Shown one piece after another: positions 47,432 through 59,609 of a DNA stretch of 64,000 bases. Below the pieces are notes generated by a model. It was not told the origin of the DNA and made no database searches. It saw only the letters and a program-made list of their open reading frames with translations. The stretch is from Emiliania huxleyi CCMP1516. Its lineage: Eukaryota. Position numbers and translations under genes: made by a program. Location: NCBI RefSeq assembly GCF_000372725.1, contig NW_005202427.1:434001-498000 (forward strand), read 5' to 3'. The number at the start of each line of letters is the position of its first letter. Position 1 is the first letter of the stretch.

Positions 47432-48928
47432 GTCGAGTCTCTCGTCGGCTCGGTCGCGTCGTGTCGAGATAGACTTGGCATACGCACCGTTCGTGGGAAG
47501 GGCATCACCTTGGCAGGACACTAGCTTGTGCGCGCGAATGGCCGGAGTGGTGCATAGAGCTGCCCAGCCGCGCCCGACAGATCTCTAGCGGACTAGCGCA
47601 CCACCAGCAGCAGACCAGTGACCACCACCCGCCCAGCCTTGTGCGCAATGATGCAACCACTACCAGCCCCCCCAGTGCTACTACGTCAGTACTAACTACG
47701 TCATGATTGAAGACTCACATATACACTCTCTTGTACTATCGTTTTAAACTGAACACTTCCCTGGACGGTCGGACGCGGCCTGTGGCTGTGCGTGTGGCTG
47801 TGCGCTGCCACGGGACGCCACGTGCGGGACGCGCAGGTCCAGGACCAGGTTGTTGTGGGCTTGTCCGTTGTCGTGGGTGGGCACTGACCCGTAAGACCTG
47901 CTCCACGGTTGCGGGACGAGCCTGCCTCTCGAGTGCGTGCAGTGTCGTCGCAGATGCGCCAACCATGGTCATCCAAGGTCCTTTAAGTCGACTGTTGATG
48001 CTGCCCTGCGCGTCTCGCTTGGCGGAATCCAGCGACCGATGAGCATCAACCACGCGGTCGGTCACAAGGGCACGCAGCGCCTCATCATCCTCAAACCAAG
48101 TCTCGCTATTAAAGGGGTGCGGCTGATTCCCTTCAGTGCCATTTGTCGCTTGCGATGTAGCCGCCGGTTCCCCTTTTTGTTCCCTTCGATGCCTCTCCCT
48201 CTGCAAGCCTGGCCGTGGTTCGCGTTCAGGGCACGCTTCCAGCCCTAGCTTGGCCGCAGTGCGCAGGCTGCGATTGGAGGCGAGGCCAAAGTCGGGCAAC
48301 GGCTGCCCGCTAGACATGCACAGCGCTGACCTCAGGCGCGGAATCGGACCACTCCAGACTACCTCCTCCCTCACCACTCTCTGCTGCGAAGCGCTGTTGC
48401 ATCGGCTGGCCCGAAAGCGGCTGCGATCCGTCTCCCGCTTAAGGCCAGCGCTGTATGACTTGTATCGTCGCCCGCCCAGTGGCCGGTTCGGGAGCCGTGC
48501 GAACGCGGATAGAGGCTCGAGCGGGTCGCCGCTGGAGGGGACTTGCAGAGCCATTCCGATCGTTACGACACCGAAAATTCTTTTCTAGTCGGTGTGCCGG
48601 TGATAGTACTAGCACGCGCCAGTTCGCACCTGTGTCGAGCCTGTCTGCTGTGAGAGAGAGTTCTTTTGTTTAAATTCTTTTCTAGTGTGAAAGGGGAGGG
48701 CTGCACCGCTGAGCCTGCCAGGGCCTTGTTACGCGGGGCCAGACGGCCAGTCGAGGCGCCACCGCCACCGACAGCCAGCCGACCCGCGCCCAGAGGAAAC
48801 CGCGCCAGTCCAGCCCTTCCTTGTCGTGCCAGTGTGTGCTGCGAGAGAGGCTTGTGTTTAACATTCTTTTTGCGCGGTTCCGATCTTGACGTGGAGCCGA
48901 GGTGAGTGAAATTGGGAGAGCTCACACA

Positions 48929-49082
48929 GAGCGGCCGCACACTGCTCGGTAGACGGTACCCCCCCCTGCACATCTAAAGCCATGGCCGACCCCCCCCCCC
49001 CCCAGCCCCCCCCCAACAGCAGAGCTCTGCCGCTTGGGGGTGCTGGCCGATCTCTGTACAGACAGCTAGCTGTAAGCAAGTA
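48929..49082. mobile_element. Terminal segment of the same TIR family as 39846-41155
   Basis: TIR followed by sequence matching the reverse complement of ~41040-41110. Confidence 0.65.
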
Positions 49083-49940
49083 GCCTTCCAGCGGCGAGAA
49101 TTTAAAAGATCGGCACCAAAACGCCGTGGGAGGTCTCACGGCGTACCCTCCTACGCGGGCGTGCGGGCGGGCTCGCCGGGCTGGGCGAAGCTCCGAGCGG
49201 GTCTTCGAGCTCGCAGCCCGCGACGAGCCAGCATGGCTCGTCGCTCGACGGCAGCCTGCCCAGTACCCTCTCGGCATTCTGTACAGCCTCGCCGAGCTGT
49301 CTGGGAAGGCCTACAGAGACAGGGCGGGCTGCGCGCCCCTCCACGTACCACGAAGCACGATCGTGGCCCTCTTTGCCTCTATAGCGGCCGCTCTAACCAC
49401 TTCGAACGCTTCCACGGCTGTCGGTGTTGGGTTCAGTCTGAGAGATGGTTGGATGGAGCACTTGGAGCACTTGTATCCGTGTGGCAAGAACCTCACCTCC
49501 CGGGCCGGGAGCTATGAAGCGCACCCTGCGGGCAGGAAGGCCGGGAAAAAGAAAAGAAAGAAGCGACAACCCAAGGGAGGGATGGGAGGACGGCACGCCG
49601 CCGCCACACACAGGGATTTTAAGAAGAGGAGTGTGGTGCGCTATCCGTCGCCCACCCTTGGCGCTTGGGCGTCTGCAGCCTTCTTCCTATCTCTCTTCGC
49701 AGTCCCTCGCCGATTCTCGCTGCAACCTTCATGCCAGCTCGCGGTCTTCCCACTCTCGTCGTTCTCTCCCTTGTCGCTTCTTCCTCTGTCGCGCCGCCGC
49801 CGTCCAGTTTTTCTTCTTTCTGGCGGCGAATCATCGCCACGCCGCAATGAGAGCGATACGACGAGAGTGCGCGCTTGGGCTACGCCGTGCGACCCCCTCC
49901 CCGTTTTAGGCCGGTCTTCAATTTTCTTCTTTCTGGCGGC

Positions 49941-52416
49941 ATGAGCGGCGCCATCCTCCCAACCCGCCTCGCCGACCTGGCTCGGGGCGACCTGGCCTGG
50001 CTGCGCGCCTTCCTGTCTGGGCAGGGGACGCGCGGCACGTCGCTCGCGGCCCAGCTCGACGCGCGGCACGACACCGACAGGCAGGACACGCTGCTCACCT
50101 GGGCCGCTCGTCACGGGCAGGCCGAGGCGGCGCGGCTGCTGCTCGAGGGCGGCGCGAGCGTGGGGGCGACGACTGGCGGCGGCGCTTCCGCGCTATATAT
50201 TGCGTGCCAGAACGGCCACCTCGACTGCGTCCGGCTGCTCCTCGAGGCTGGCGCGGCGATGGACCAGGCCAAGGAGAACGGCGCCACGCCGCTGCTCATC
50301 GCGAGCCAGAAGGGCCACCTCGAATGCGCCCAGCTGCTCCTCGAGGCTGGCGCGGCGGTGGCTCATGCAGACGCTGAAGGCCGCACGCCGCTGTACGTCG
50401 CGAGCCTGCAGGGCCATGGCCAGTGCGTCCGGCTGCTGCGCGACGCTGGCGCGGCGGTCAACCAAGCAGACGCCAGAGGCTTCTCGCCGCTGTACGTCGC
50501 GAGCCAGGAGGGCCACCTCGAGATCGCCCGGCTGCTTCTCGAGGCTGGCGCAGCGGTAAGCCAAGCCCGCAACGACGGCACCACGCCGCTGTTCATCGCG
50601 AGCCAGAAGGGCCACCTCGAGGTCGCCCGGCTGCTCCTCGAGGCTGGCGCGGCGGTGGCTCATGCAGACGCTGAAGGCCGCACGCCGCTGTACGTCGCGA
50701 GCCTGCAGGGCCATGGCCAGTGCGTCCGGCTGCTTCTCGAGGCGAGCGCGGCGGTCAACCAAGCCAAGGACGGCGCCACGCCGCTGTTCGCGGCGTGCCA
50801 GGAGGGCCACCTCGAGTGCGCCCAGCTGCTGCGCGACGCTGGCGCTGACATCAACCAAGCCAGGACCGACGGCACCACGCCGCTGTACATCGCGTGCCAG
50901 AAGGGCCACCTCGAGATCGTCCAGCTGCTCCTTGAGGCCGGCGCAGCGGTCAACCAAGCCACGCACAATGGTTTCACGCCGCTGTTCGTTGCGTGCGGGC
51001 AGGGCCACGTCGAGTGCGCCCAGCTGCTGCGCGACGCTGGCGCTGACATCAACCAGGTCGCGGAGAGCGGCGCCACGCCGCTGTTCGTTGCGTGCCAGAA
51101 CGGCCACGTCGAGTGCGCCCGGCTGCTCCGCGAGGCTGGCGCGGCGGTCAACCAAGCCAAGGAGAATGGCGCCACGCCGCTGTGCATTGCGTGCTACAAG
51201 GGCCACGTCGAGTGCGTCCGGCTGCTGTGCGACGCTGGCGCGGCGGTCAACCAAGCCCGCAACGACGGCGCCACGCCGCTGTTCATCGCGTGTCAGAACG
51301 GCCACCTCGAGTGCGCCCAGCTGCTGCGCGACGCTGGCGCGGCGGTCAACCAAGCCCGCAACGACGGCGCCACGCCGCTGTTCATGGCGAGCCAGCAGGG
51401 CCAGCTCGAGAGCGCCCAGCTGCTCCTCGAGGCCGGCGCAGCGATCGACCAAGCCGATGAGGACGGCACCACGCCGCTGCTCATCGCGAGCCAGGAGGGC
51501 CACCCCGAGTGCGTTCGGCTGCTTCTCGAGGCCGGCGCAGTGATCGACCAGGCCGATGAGCAAGGCACCACAACGCTGTTCGCGGCGTGCCAGGACGGCC
51601 ACCTCGAGGTCGCCAAGCTCCTCTCCTCCTACGGCGCCTCCCGCGCCGCTACGCCCTTCGGCACGCCCGAGGAGATTGCAACCGAAGAAGGCCACGCCGA
51701 CCTCGCTGCCTGGCTGGTCGCCAGCCGCGGCTGGACGCCGCTCCAGCATCTCGAGGCGTGCCCGAGACTAGCGGCCGAAGGCGTGAGCGCGCTGTCCTCA
51801 CGCCCATTGCCCCTCTTCCGCAGGCGCTCACCTTCGAGCGGGCGCGGGCGCTGCTGCGCGGCGGCGCCGACCCGCTCGCCGGCGCGCGTTCTGCCCTCGA
51901 GCGGGCGCGCGTCCTCTGCTCGTGGAGCGAGTCGGATCCGACCGCTGCGGCCGTCGGTTCCACGGTCGTGATCCGCTCTCTCGTCTCGCGGCCCTCGATG
52001 AACGGCAAGGTCGGCGTCGTCGTCTCCGCGAGCGCTTCGACGCGCCGCTTCGGCGTGCGCGTGGCGGGCGAGGCCAAGGCACTCGCACTGAGGCGCGCAC
52101 TGCAATGTTCTCTCCCCGACTCGCCGGATCCTCTCTTTGGAAACACCCCACGCCTCTGCCCTTCCCCAGGCCGGCCAACCTGCAGCCAGCGGCCGAGGCG
52201 GTGGAGGTGGGCAGGCTCATCCTCAAGGCGGCGGAGTGGTCGCCGCAGTCGCACGAGCTCTTCCCAACAGCGGCTCGCAAGCGGGCGGTCGAGGTGCTGC
52301 GGCTGGGCTACCTGATCGCTTGGGACGAGGAGCGCTTCGACAGCCGCGAGGGAGCGGCTCCGGAGCTGGCGGACATCTGGCGCGGCTTTGTGCTGCCAAG
52401 GGTGGTGGTGCGGTGA
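49941..52416 (+). CDS. Long ankyrin-repeat protein (~16 repeats) with two 3' introns (first ~51756-51823)
   Basis: 33-aa G.TPL.IA.Q.GHLE...LL.EAGA.VNQA repeats; spliced C-terminal tail. Confidence 0.85.
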
Positions 52417-52749
52417 CTTCTCGCGGTTCCGCACTATGGTCTAGTTCGTCAAACCGTCCTTCTTTTTCTCTCTGTCTCTCACAACATGTGGTACGGCGCG
52501 CGAGTGCGTACCGAGCAGTGTGCGGCCGCGGCCCGCGGCTCGCACACAGGTGAAAATATTCTACAATAACGAATAAGGGCAAAAGTGGAAAAGATGAGAA
52601 AAGTATCAAAACACCCGCGCGCCGCGCCCGCGGGCGCCTGTGGTTTTTCTACCGCGGCCTTGCTCTTTTGTACGCTCTAGCTCAAAAAGGAAATCAACAG
52701 ATGGGCCGGGAAATCGATGTCAACGTGCGCCAGCGCTCCCGCCACCACG

Positions 52750-55376
52750 TCACCAGTCGTAGGAGGATGAGTCGGAGGTGCGTCGGCCGGCAGAGCGAAG
52801 CGCCTCGAGCTCCTCCTCCGTCTCGACCGGCGTGAGGTTGAGCAGCTTGAGCCGCCTCTCCTGGTAGTACTCGAGCCCGTCGAGCGACCCGAGGGCGGCG
52901 CGCAGCTCGTTCGCCGCCGCAGAGACCGCGCGCCGCTCGGCGTACCGCACCGCAGCGCAGCGGTAGCCGACCGACTCGCGCGGCGCCTCGGCGAGGGACG
53001 CCAGGTCGAGTTGGACGTCGCCGCGCAGCTTGCCGAGCGCACTCGTGACCGCGTCGTGCCCGAGCTGCAGCGCCGCCGCCTCGTTTTGCCTGGAGACGGG
53101 CTGCTGCAGGTGCTCGCGCCAGAGGTCGTCTGCGAAGAGGGCCTGTGGGGAGACATGGGGAGATATGGGGAGATGTGGGGCCTCTCGCGCCAGGGGTCAA
53201 GAGGGCCTGCGGGGGCGGGGGGCGGGCGCTGTGGTGGTGCCGTGGACATGTCGTGGACATGTCGTGGGCATGTCGTGGGCATGTCGTGGGCATGTCGTGG
53301 ACATGTCGTCGACATGTCGTGGGCATGTCGTGGGCGTGTCGTGGACATGCCGTGGACATGCCGTGGACATGTCGTGGGCATGTCGTGGGCATGTCGTGGA
53401 CATGCCGTGGACATGCCGTGGACATGTCGTGGGCATGTCGTGGGCATGTCGTGGACATGCCGTGGACATGCCGTGGACATGCCGTGGACATGCCGTGGAC
53501 ATGTCGTGGGCATGTCGTGGGCGTGTCGTGGGCGTGTCGTGGACATGTCGTGGCCATGTCGTGGCCATGTCGTGGGCATGTCGTGGGCATGTCGTGGACA
53601 TGCCTAACTGCAGGGGCGGTGTCGGCGCCTCGAGCAAGAATGCGTCCGAAGGCGTGGAGGGCGGGCCGAGGTGGACGAGGCGTAGGTAGGCGAGCAGGTC
53701 GGGCGGCAGCGGGTCCGCCTCGGACACGACGAAGCCCTGCTCCACCGCGCTCAGCCCGACCCGCTCGAGCACATCCACCTTGGCAAGAGGGGCCAGAGGG
53801 TTAGGGCTAGGGGTTAGGGTTAGGGCTAGGGCTGGGGGTTAGGGCTAGGGCTTGGGAGCCGGGGCTGGGGGTTAGGGCGGCCCGCTCGAGGACAGTGCCG
53901 TGCTGACGTGTCGGATGTGGCATGTCGTGCCACTAAGAGCACCCGCGCGCGCCTTCTCGTCGTAGTTTGGGTCGTCGTCGGCGACGCCAAAGCGCAGGCT
54001 CGCCTCTGGCGGCACCGGCTCGGCGACGAAGCCGTAGTCAAGGAGCAACTCGCCGCGCGTCGCCTCGGCGTAGCAGAGGGTGAGCGCATCCCCAGCCGAC
54101 AGGTCCGCCTGCGCAGTCAGCTCGACCGCGCCTCCCTCGCCTCCACGCCCAAACAGGCCAGCCTGCGGGACGACGCGGGACCCAGGCGTGAGTGCCCCGT
54201 CTGTGCGGCGTCCCGTGCCCCCGCCCCCCCGAATTCATCTGGACTCTGCCTGCGGGCCGCGCGCTTGAAGGCTGGCGCTCGGCGAGTCGGCATGGTTGCC
54301 TAGTCCCATACCTCCAGAGTACCGAATCCAGTGCGTGGGCTCGGCTCCAGCCTCGGCGAGGCGGAATGGTTGCAGAGCTCGACCAGCGGCAGCAGCGCCG
54401 GCCTCGCCGGCTCGCCCTGCCGCCCGCCCGCCGGCACGAAGACGCAGCGCGAGAAGGCGAGCCTGGAGGTGTCGGGGAGGTGTCCAGGAAGTGTGTCCTG
54501 GAACGGTCTACGACGCAGCGCGAGAGAGCGCCCGAGTGCGCGCAGGAAGGACGCCTCGCTGAAGACCGACTCGGGGAAGACCATCGGGGAGGCCTCGAAG
54601 ACGTTCTCGCGCAGCCTGGCCGCACACGCGGGCGGGCGGGGTGGGTAGGCGACAGGCGTGCCGCGCCCTTCCGCCCTCCGCCCTCTCCTACCCCCCACTC
54701 CCACTGCTCCGCACCACTCGTAGTCGGCCCCATATCTCCCCATATCTCCCCATATCTCCCCATATCTCCCCATATCTCCCCATATCTCCCCATATCTCCC
54801 CATATCTCCCCATATCTCCCCATATCTCCCCATATCTCCCCATATCTCCCCATATCCGCACCACTCGTAGTCGGCCTGCGCCGCGAGCCGCCGCTCCACA
54901 CACGGCGCCGCGGTGGACTGCTCGAGCTCGGCCTGGTCGTCCGAGGGCCAGAGCAGCGGCAGGTCGTGCTGCTCCACCTGCCAGCACGCCGACGAGAGCC
55001 ACGGCGCGAGGCTGGACTGCTCACCGAGCCGCTCCTCGTTGAGCAGTGCGACGGCGATGAAGGAGTAGTCTGCGAGGTAAGGCTCGAACTCGACGAGGTA
55101 GGCGCCGAGGAGCTCAGAACGCAGGGCAGACTCGGCGGTGATGGCCAGCTCCTCCGGCACGCTGAGCAGCCGATCGCCCCGCCGCACCGCCCGAGCCGCA
55201 ACGAGGCCGACGCCAAGCTGGGCCGCGTCGGCGGCCTGGACGACGGACACGTCGCCGCCCTGCGACGCGACCCACTCTGCGAGCGGCGGCACCGCGGCCA
55301 CCCGGGTCGCGGTCGCGGGACAGCTGGTGAGCGCGGCGTAGGCGGCGGAAGCGAGGAGCAGGAAAATCCCCAACAT
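52750..55376 (-). CDS. Rubisco-LSMT-like SET-domain protein lysine methyltransferase with signal peptide, many introns
   Basis: GVGLVAARAVRRGDRLLSVP, ALLPLVELC|NHAD, LTLCYAEATRGELLLDYGFV, LLAYLRL, PVSRQNEAAAL, LEYYQERRLK. Confidence 0.8.
53241..53602. repeat. Intronic 11-bp satellite (ggacatgtcgt)n
   Basis: About 33 tandem units. Confidence 0.95.
53797..53876. repeat. Intronic telomere-like (TTAGGG/CTAGGG)n tract
   Basis: agggttagggctaggggttagggttagggctaggg. Confidence 0.85.
54729..54857. repeat. Intronic 10-bp satellite (ccatatctcc)n; related arrays at 12619-12657, 12778-12828, 25897-25933, 62358-62392
   Basis: About 13 tandem units. Confidence 0.95.
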
Positions 55377-55548
55377 ATTTGCCCGGGCTCCTCTTCACAG
55401 CTTGTTACCGCTCCGCGCTCGACGCCGCCGCCGCTTTCGCGCAGCAACACCTTAAACTTCATGGCCCTCCAAATTCGGGTCGGAGCGTAGCGGAGTGGGC
55501 CCCGAGTTTGAAAAATGGTGCACTAACCCCGAGAAACCCTTCGGGTCA

Positions 55549-57367
55549 GAGGTTACTTTTTGAGACTGGGAACCGAGCAAGTGCGCTCGCCGGTCCAAAG
55601 TGGGGTCGCGGGTGGCCATGCGAAGTGGTTTCGCGCACTGCCCGCTGTAGCCCCCCCGAGGCGCCGGAGCGTGACCGAGTGTCGCCCCATGACCCCCGGC
55701 GCCGGCCCGAGCGCTGAGACCGAATGTGAAGCCAATGCGCGTGCGCCCCAAGCGCGGCACTCCTCGGCTACGGCATGCTGACACGGATCCCTATCCTCTC
55801 AGATTGCTATCGATCGGCGATATTGGATCTCGCACGCGACGTCGACGACTGACAAGGTAAACGCACTTTGTCAATGTGCAGGTCGAGCTACAACCGTTGC
55901 GGAGCGGTTCAGCCTCGGAAGCCATACTATGGTGAGGCGGGGATTAGGTGGGAGGGCATGCGCTCGCACACATGAGTCCGGGAGAGCTCCCCGCCGGCGC
56001 TTGGTGCCCCAGCCAGCTCCGCCTTGCCGCGGCCCCTACGCAGGCGTCCAGCACCGACATCGTTTGCGAGCGTCGGGTGTTGGCTACTCTCAGCCCCGTC
56101 ACCCACCGCGCCGTCACCGGCCGCTTCGCGGCGTGCGAAACGCTCGCGTCTCCGCCACCGCTGGCCACCTCCGCGTTTCCCTGCGCCGCCACCAGGGGGA
56201 CGCTTGCGCCTTGCCCCCTGGCCTGACGCGCGACCCTGCGCAGACGGCGCGCTCCGGCACGGAGCAGCGACCGCCCAGGCAGTCGCTGCTCCGCCCGCGC
56301 ACCGCTGCCGCCGTCGCCGCCGCCGCTCCGCCCTTTCCATCAGTGTGTCTCGTGTGTGAGAGTGTGCTGTCTGTCACGCTTGTACCTGCGAGCTGCGTCT
56401 CTCCTCCGAGGCTCAGGCTGTGTCTCCTCTCATAGATCTGTCAACGAACCGCTGTCGCACATATCTTTGAGTCAAACTCTCTCCTGTCGGTGTCGAGGCT
56501 GTCGCGTGTCGTGTGCGCGCGGCGATTGTAACCCGGGAGGCCTGCGCAGCTTCTAACGATGCACAAAAACGGGCCACACAAATGCCGTAAAGGACAGGCG
56601 CGGGGACGTGAGGAGACGCGCGGCCGACACCGCCCAGCAGCGGCTCTGCGGAGACACACACAGGAAGGCGCACGATGCGTACAGTGATCGCCTGTCATGC
56701 GCCATCACCGACGTCGGGCGGGAGAGGAGCTCCAGCCAACAGTAGTGGCGAGCCAGTTTGCGCTGCACGATGAAATAGTACTCGTGCTGACGCATCCTCG
56801 CCCGAGTCATATTCCAAATGCCCTGCGACAGCCCGCGTGCGACGGGAAGAAGAGGTGCGAGGCTGCGAAACTAAGAGCTTGATCGCGCCTCCAACGTCAG
56901 CGTCGGGCGCAGTGACGAGCTCGAGCAGCTCTCGTCGAGCAAGCTCCGCCTCCGAGCTCTCGCAGCAGCCATGCGCTTGCGCGCAGCCCAGGATCTCGCT
57001 CAGCGCCTCCGTCCTGGGGTTTGAAGCAGGTCCGCCGTAGCGCTCCACGCCTGCGCCGGCGGCGGGCGGTGTAGAAGGCCGCTCGCGATGGCTCCGTCGT
57101 GTGCGTCGACCGTCCCACCTCAAGTGGTGACATTACTCGCTGTCGCGTGGCCGCTTGGGAGCGGCGCCGACGCTGCCGTTGAGTCTGTCCGTGGCCGCCG
57201 CGTCACTCGGCACGGAAGCCTCCTTGCCGGTGGACATGCCGGGGGGGCGTGAGGGCCTGGAGGGTGACACAGACGCGCAGGGGAGCGCGCGCCGCCGAAG
57301 TGGTTTGGCGCACACCTCGACGAGGAGGGTGGCCACCCCTCGGTTCCCAGTCTCAAAAAGTAGCCTC
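55549..57367. mobile_element. 1.8-kb TIR element with 29-bp TIR (28/29) and 5-bp GGTCA TSD
   Basis: ggtca|gaggttactttttgagactgggaaccgag ... ctcggttcccagtctcaaaaagtagcctc|ggtca. Confidence 0.75.
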
Positions 57368-57697
57368 GGTCACTCCTCATCGCAAACCCTGTCAGCAGTC
57401 CTCCTCCGGGAATGTACGTAAGAGCCACATACATTGAAAAAGGTGTGCTTGCCCTTGCGTCATATCCTCCCACAACGCCTCCCCGGCGCAGAGGGGCCCC
57501 CGGAGGGATGCTCAACCGCCCCACGCCACGCCGCTTGCGTCGGTCCAATTCCACGCTAAAAAAGAAAGAAAACAGACACCCCAAGGGAGGGATGGGAGAA
57601 CGGCACGCCGCCACCACACAGGGATTTTAATTCCACGCTCGCGGGGGCCAGTTCTTATTCCCTATTTTTTTCACGCACAATGCGCGCCGCCTGAGCA

Positions 57698-58246
57698 ATG
57701 CGCGCAAGTATATGGGGCCGGTGGCTGTTCGCTCTTCTCCTCGATGTCCACTCCGCGGCGTCCGCCGTAAACCCCGCGCGTGTCGACCGCGCCGGGCAGA
57801 CTGATTGCCAGGACGCGAGCATCGGAACACTGGAGGCGGGCGAATGCGCCGACTCCGCCTCCGAGTGCGCCAAGTGGGCAGAGGCGGGCGAGTGCACTGG
57901 GAACGCCGGCTACATGAGGGACGCTTGCAGGCTCACATGCGAGCTGTGCGCCGAGGTGCAGGGCAAGGCAGCTTTGCCGCGCCACGGTGACCCGCTCCAG
58001 GCTCGAGGTGAAGGCTGGGGTCAGCTCGACGAGGAGAAGGTGCTGGGTTGGCTCGGGTGCAGGCGGCGCTCGGGGGGCTACGGCCGGTGCCAGCGACGTC
58101 ATACTTCCCGCAGCCGCCACCATGACGTGCAATCCACCTCGTGTGAGTCGGGAGACGCTTGGAGCGCCGCACCGAGAATAACCCCTACCACAGCGCGAGA
58201 AGGCCGAGCTAAGCGCGAAAGGTCGAAATATAACCGACGGTTTTAA
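57698..58246 (+). CDS. Putative secreted ShKT-domain protein (3' end uncertain)
   Basis: CADSASECAKWAEAGECTGNAGYMRDACRLTCELC six-Cys ShKT pattern; hydrophobic leader. Confidence 0.7.
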   Translation: MRASIWGRWLFALLLDVHSAASAVNPARVDRAGQTDCQDASIGTLEAGECADSASECAKWAEAGECTGNAGYMRDACRLTCELCAEVQGKAALPRHGDPLQARGEGWGQLDEEKVLGWLGCRRRSGGYGRCQRRHTSRSRHHDVQSTSCESGDAWSAAPRITPTTAREGRAKRERSKYNRRF

Positions 58247-58764
58247 ATAAATAAAGGTTTTAAATAAATAAATAAATAAAACGGACACCTCTACTAGGAG
58301 ATGGGTAAAAAGGAACAGGTCCCCGCGACGGAATTTAACGAGAACGAATATCGAAAACACCTATCACAAGCCAAACGGACATCGCTCAAGACCGCCGGGC
58401 CCCGCAAGCCACGTCACTTCCTTGAGTCCTAGACCTCTCTACACTCCTATACACGTAGAGCTGTGGGCACTGTGGCACATCCTGCGCACCAGTGTGTACG
58501 TCTCTCCTACGTCAGCTGTACGAATACGTTTACGCCCCAGCATTGTAGTGTTTACGCCACTTTTTTTCGCTCCAGTCCTGCGGATCTTCTAGTAGACCGG
58601 AGGGCTACGACGCCTTCACACTCCAAGCGGCTGTGTTTACGCGCGGTCAGTGAGGAAAACAGACAGACGCGTGGCGGCGGCGCGGGACACACGCGGCCGC
58701 ACGGCCCCTCCCTGCGTCCCCCCCTGCAGCGGCCGCAGTATGCCCCGTCACGGCGTCCGGCGCG

Positions 58765-59319
58765 TCAGCACTCGCGCGCCCGCAGCATCTCCAGCTGCGC
58801 CGCCAGCAGCTGAGCAGCCGCCTCCCTTGCGCTCGCCTCCTCCCTGCTGGCCTGCTCCGCCATCACCGCGCGGAGCTCGTCGCCGGACATGCGCAGCAGC
58901 TCGTCGCCGCCCACGCCGCGCGAGAAGAAGGCGGCGGCGAAGCGGCCGAGCCCGGTCGCCTCGAGCAGCTTACGCACCTCCTTTGCCGACCAGCCCTCGA
59001 TGCACGGGTGCGCCTTTCTGTGCCTGGCGCGCTCCGCCGTCGAGAGGAGGCCGCTCCGCAGCTTGAGCTCGCCCAGCTCCATCTCGATCACCATCCTGTG
59101 CTCAGCCGACGGGATGAGGAGCTCGTGCTCCAGCTCGTGCAGGGTGAGCCCGAGCAGCCGTCGACCGTCTACCAAGCCCTCTCCAAACGCACCTCGGTAC
59201 TCGTGGAGCCCCACCCGTGCAACCCACCCGCCGACGTCTGCCGTGGTCCACTCACGAGGGTCCGTCTCGGCTGCGCTGGCCGAGGAGGTGAGCAGCAGGA
59301 GGCGCACACACGCACGCAT
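58765..59319 (-). CDS. Two-SAM-domain protein with a signal-peptide-like leader
   Basis: WTTADVGGWV..VGLHEYRGAF..VDGRRLLGLT..EL..HR, and WSAKEVRKLL..GLGRFAAAF..VGGDELLRMS. Confidence 0.75.
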   Translation of the reverse strand: MRACVRLLLLTSSASAAETDPREWTTADVGGWVARVGLHEYRGAFGEGLVDGRRLLGLTLHELEHELLIPSAEHRMVIEMELGELKLRSGLLSTAERARHRKAHPCIEGWSAKEVRKLLEATGLGRFAAAFFSRGVGGDELLRMSGDELRAVMAEQASREEASAREAAAQLLAAQLEMLRAREC

Positions 59320-59609
59320 GGAGAGCTCTCTTCGTTCCAGCAACGAGGGAAGAAACGAGGTTTAGGCCCGGTGTTTGTGCCGCGTCCCGTGCCCCCGAGT
59401 TCACACAAAAACACAACCCCGGCCCCAAGATTGGCCGCTTTGTGTATCTCAAGACCTCGAGAGAAGGCCGCCCTGAGAGTTGGCTTTCTTTTCGGCGGGC
59501 AAGCAGTTCACGATCAAAAAAGAATTCCCGCCATGGTTTTTCTTATTTTCCACGCACGACACTGGTGTACCAGTGCGTGCAAGCTTTAAATTCTTTTTCC
59601 ACGCGGGCC

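Noticed and set aside
47736..48554. 272-aa minus-strand ORF
   Set aside because: No recognisable motif and lies among repeats; cannot be supported as a gene.
52677..53804. ORFs of repeated TCPRHAHDM / CRGHVVGMSW
   Set aside because: Translations of an intronic 11-bp satellite.
53797..53876. Chromosome end
   Set aside because: Short, degenerate and inside an intron with exons on both sides.
23592..55376. Functional chromatin gene cluster (SET, HDAC, LSMT)
   Set aside because: Interspersed with unrelated genes, and the LSMT-like protein appears organelle-targeted; co-location is likely chance.
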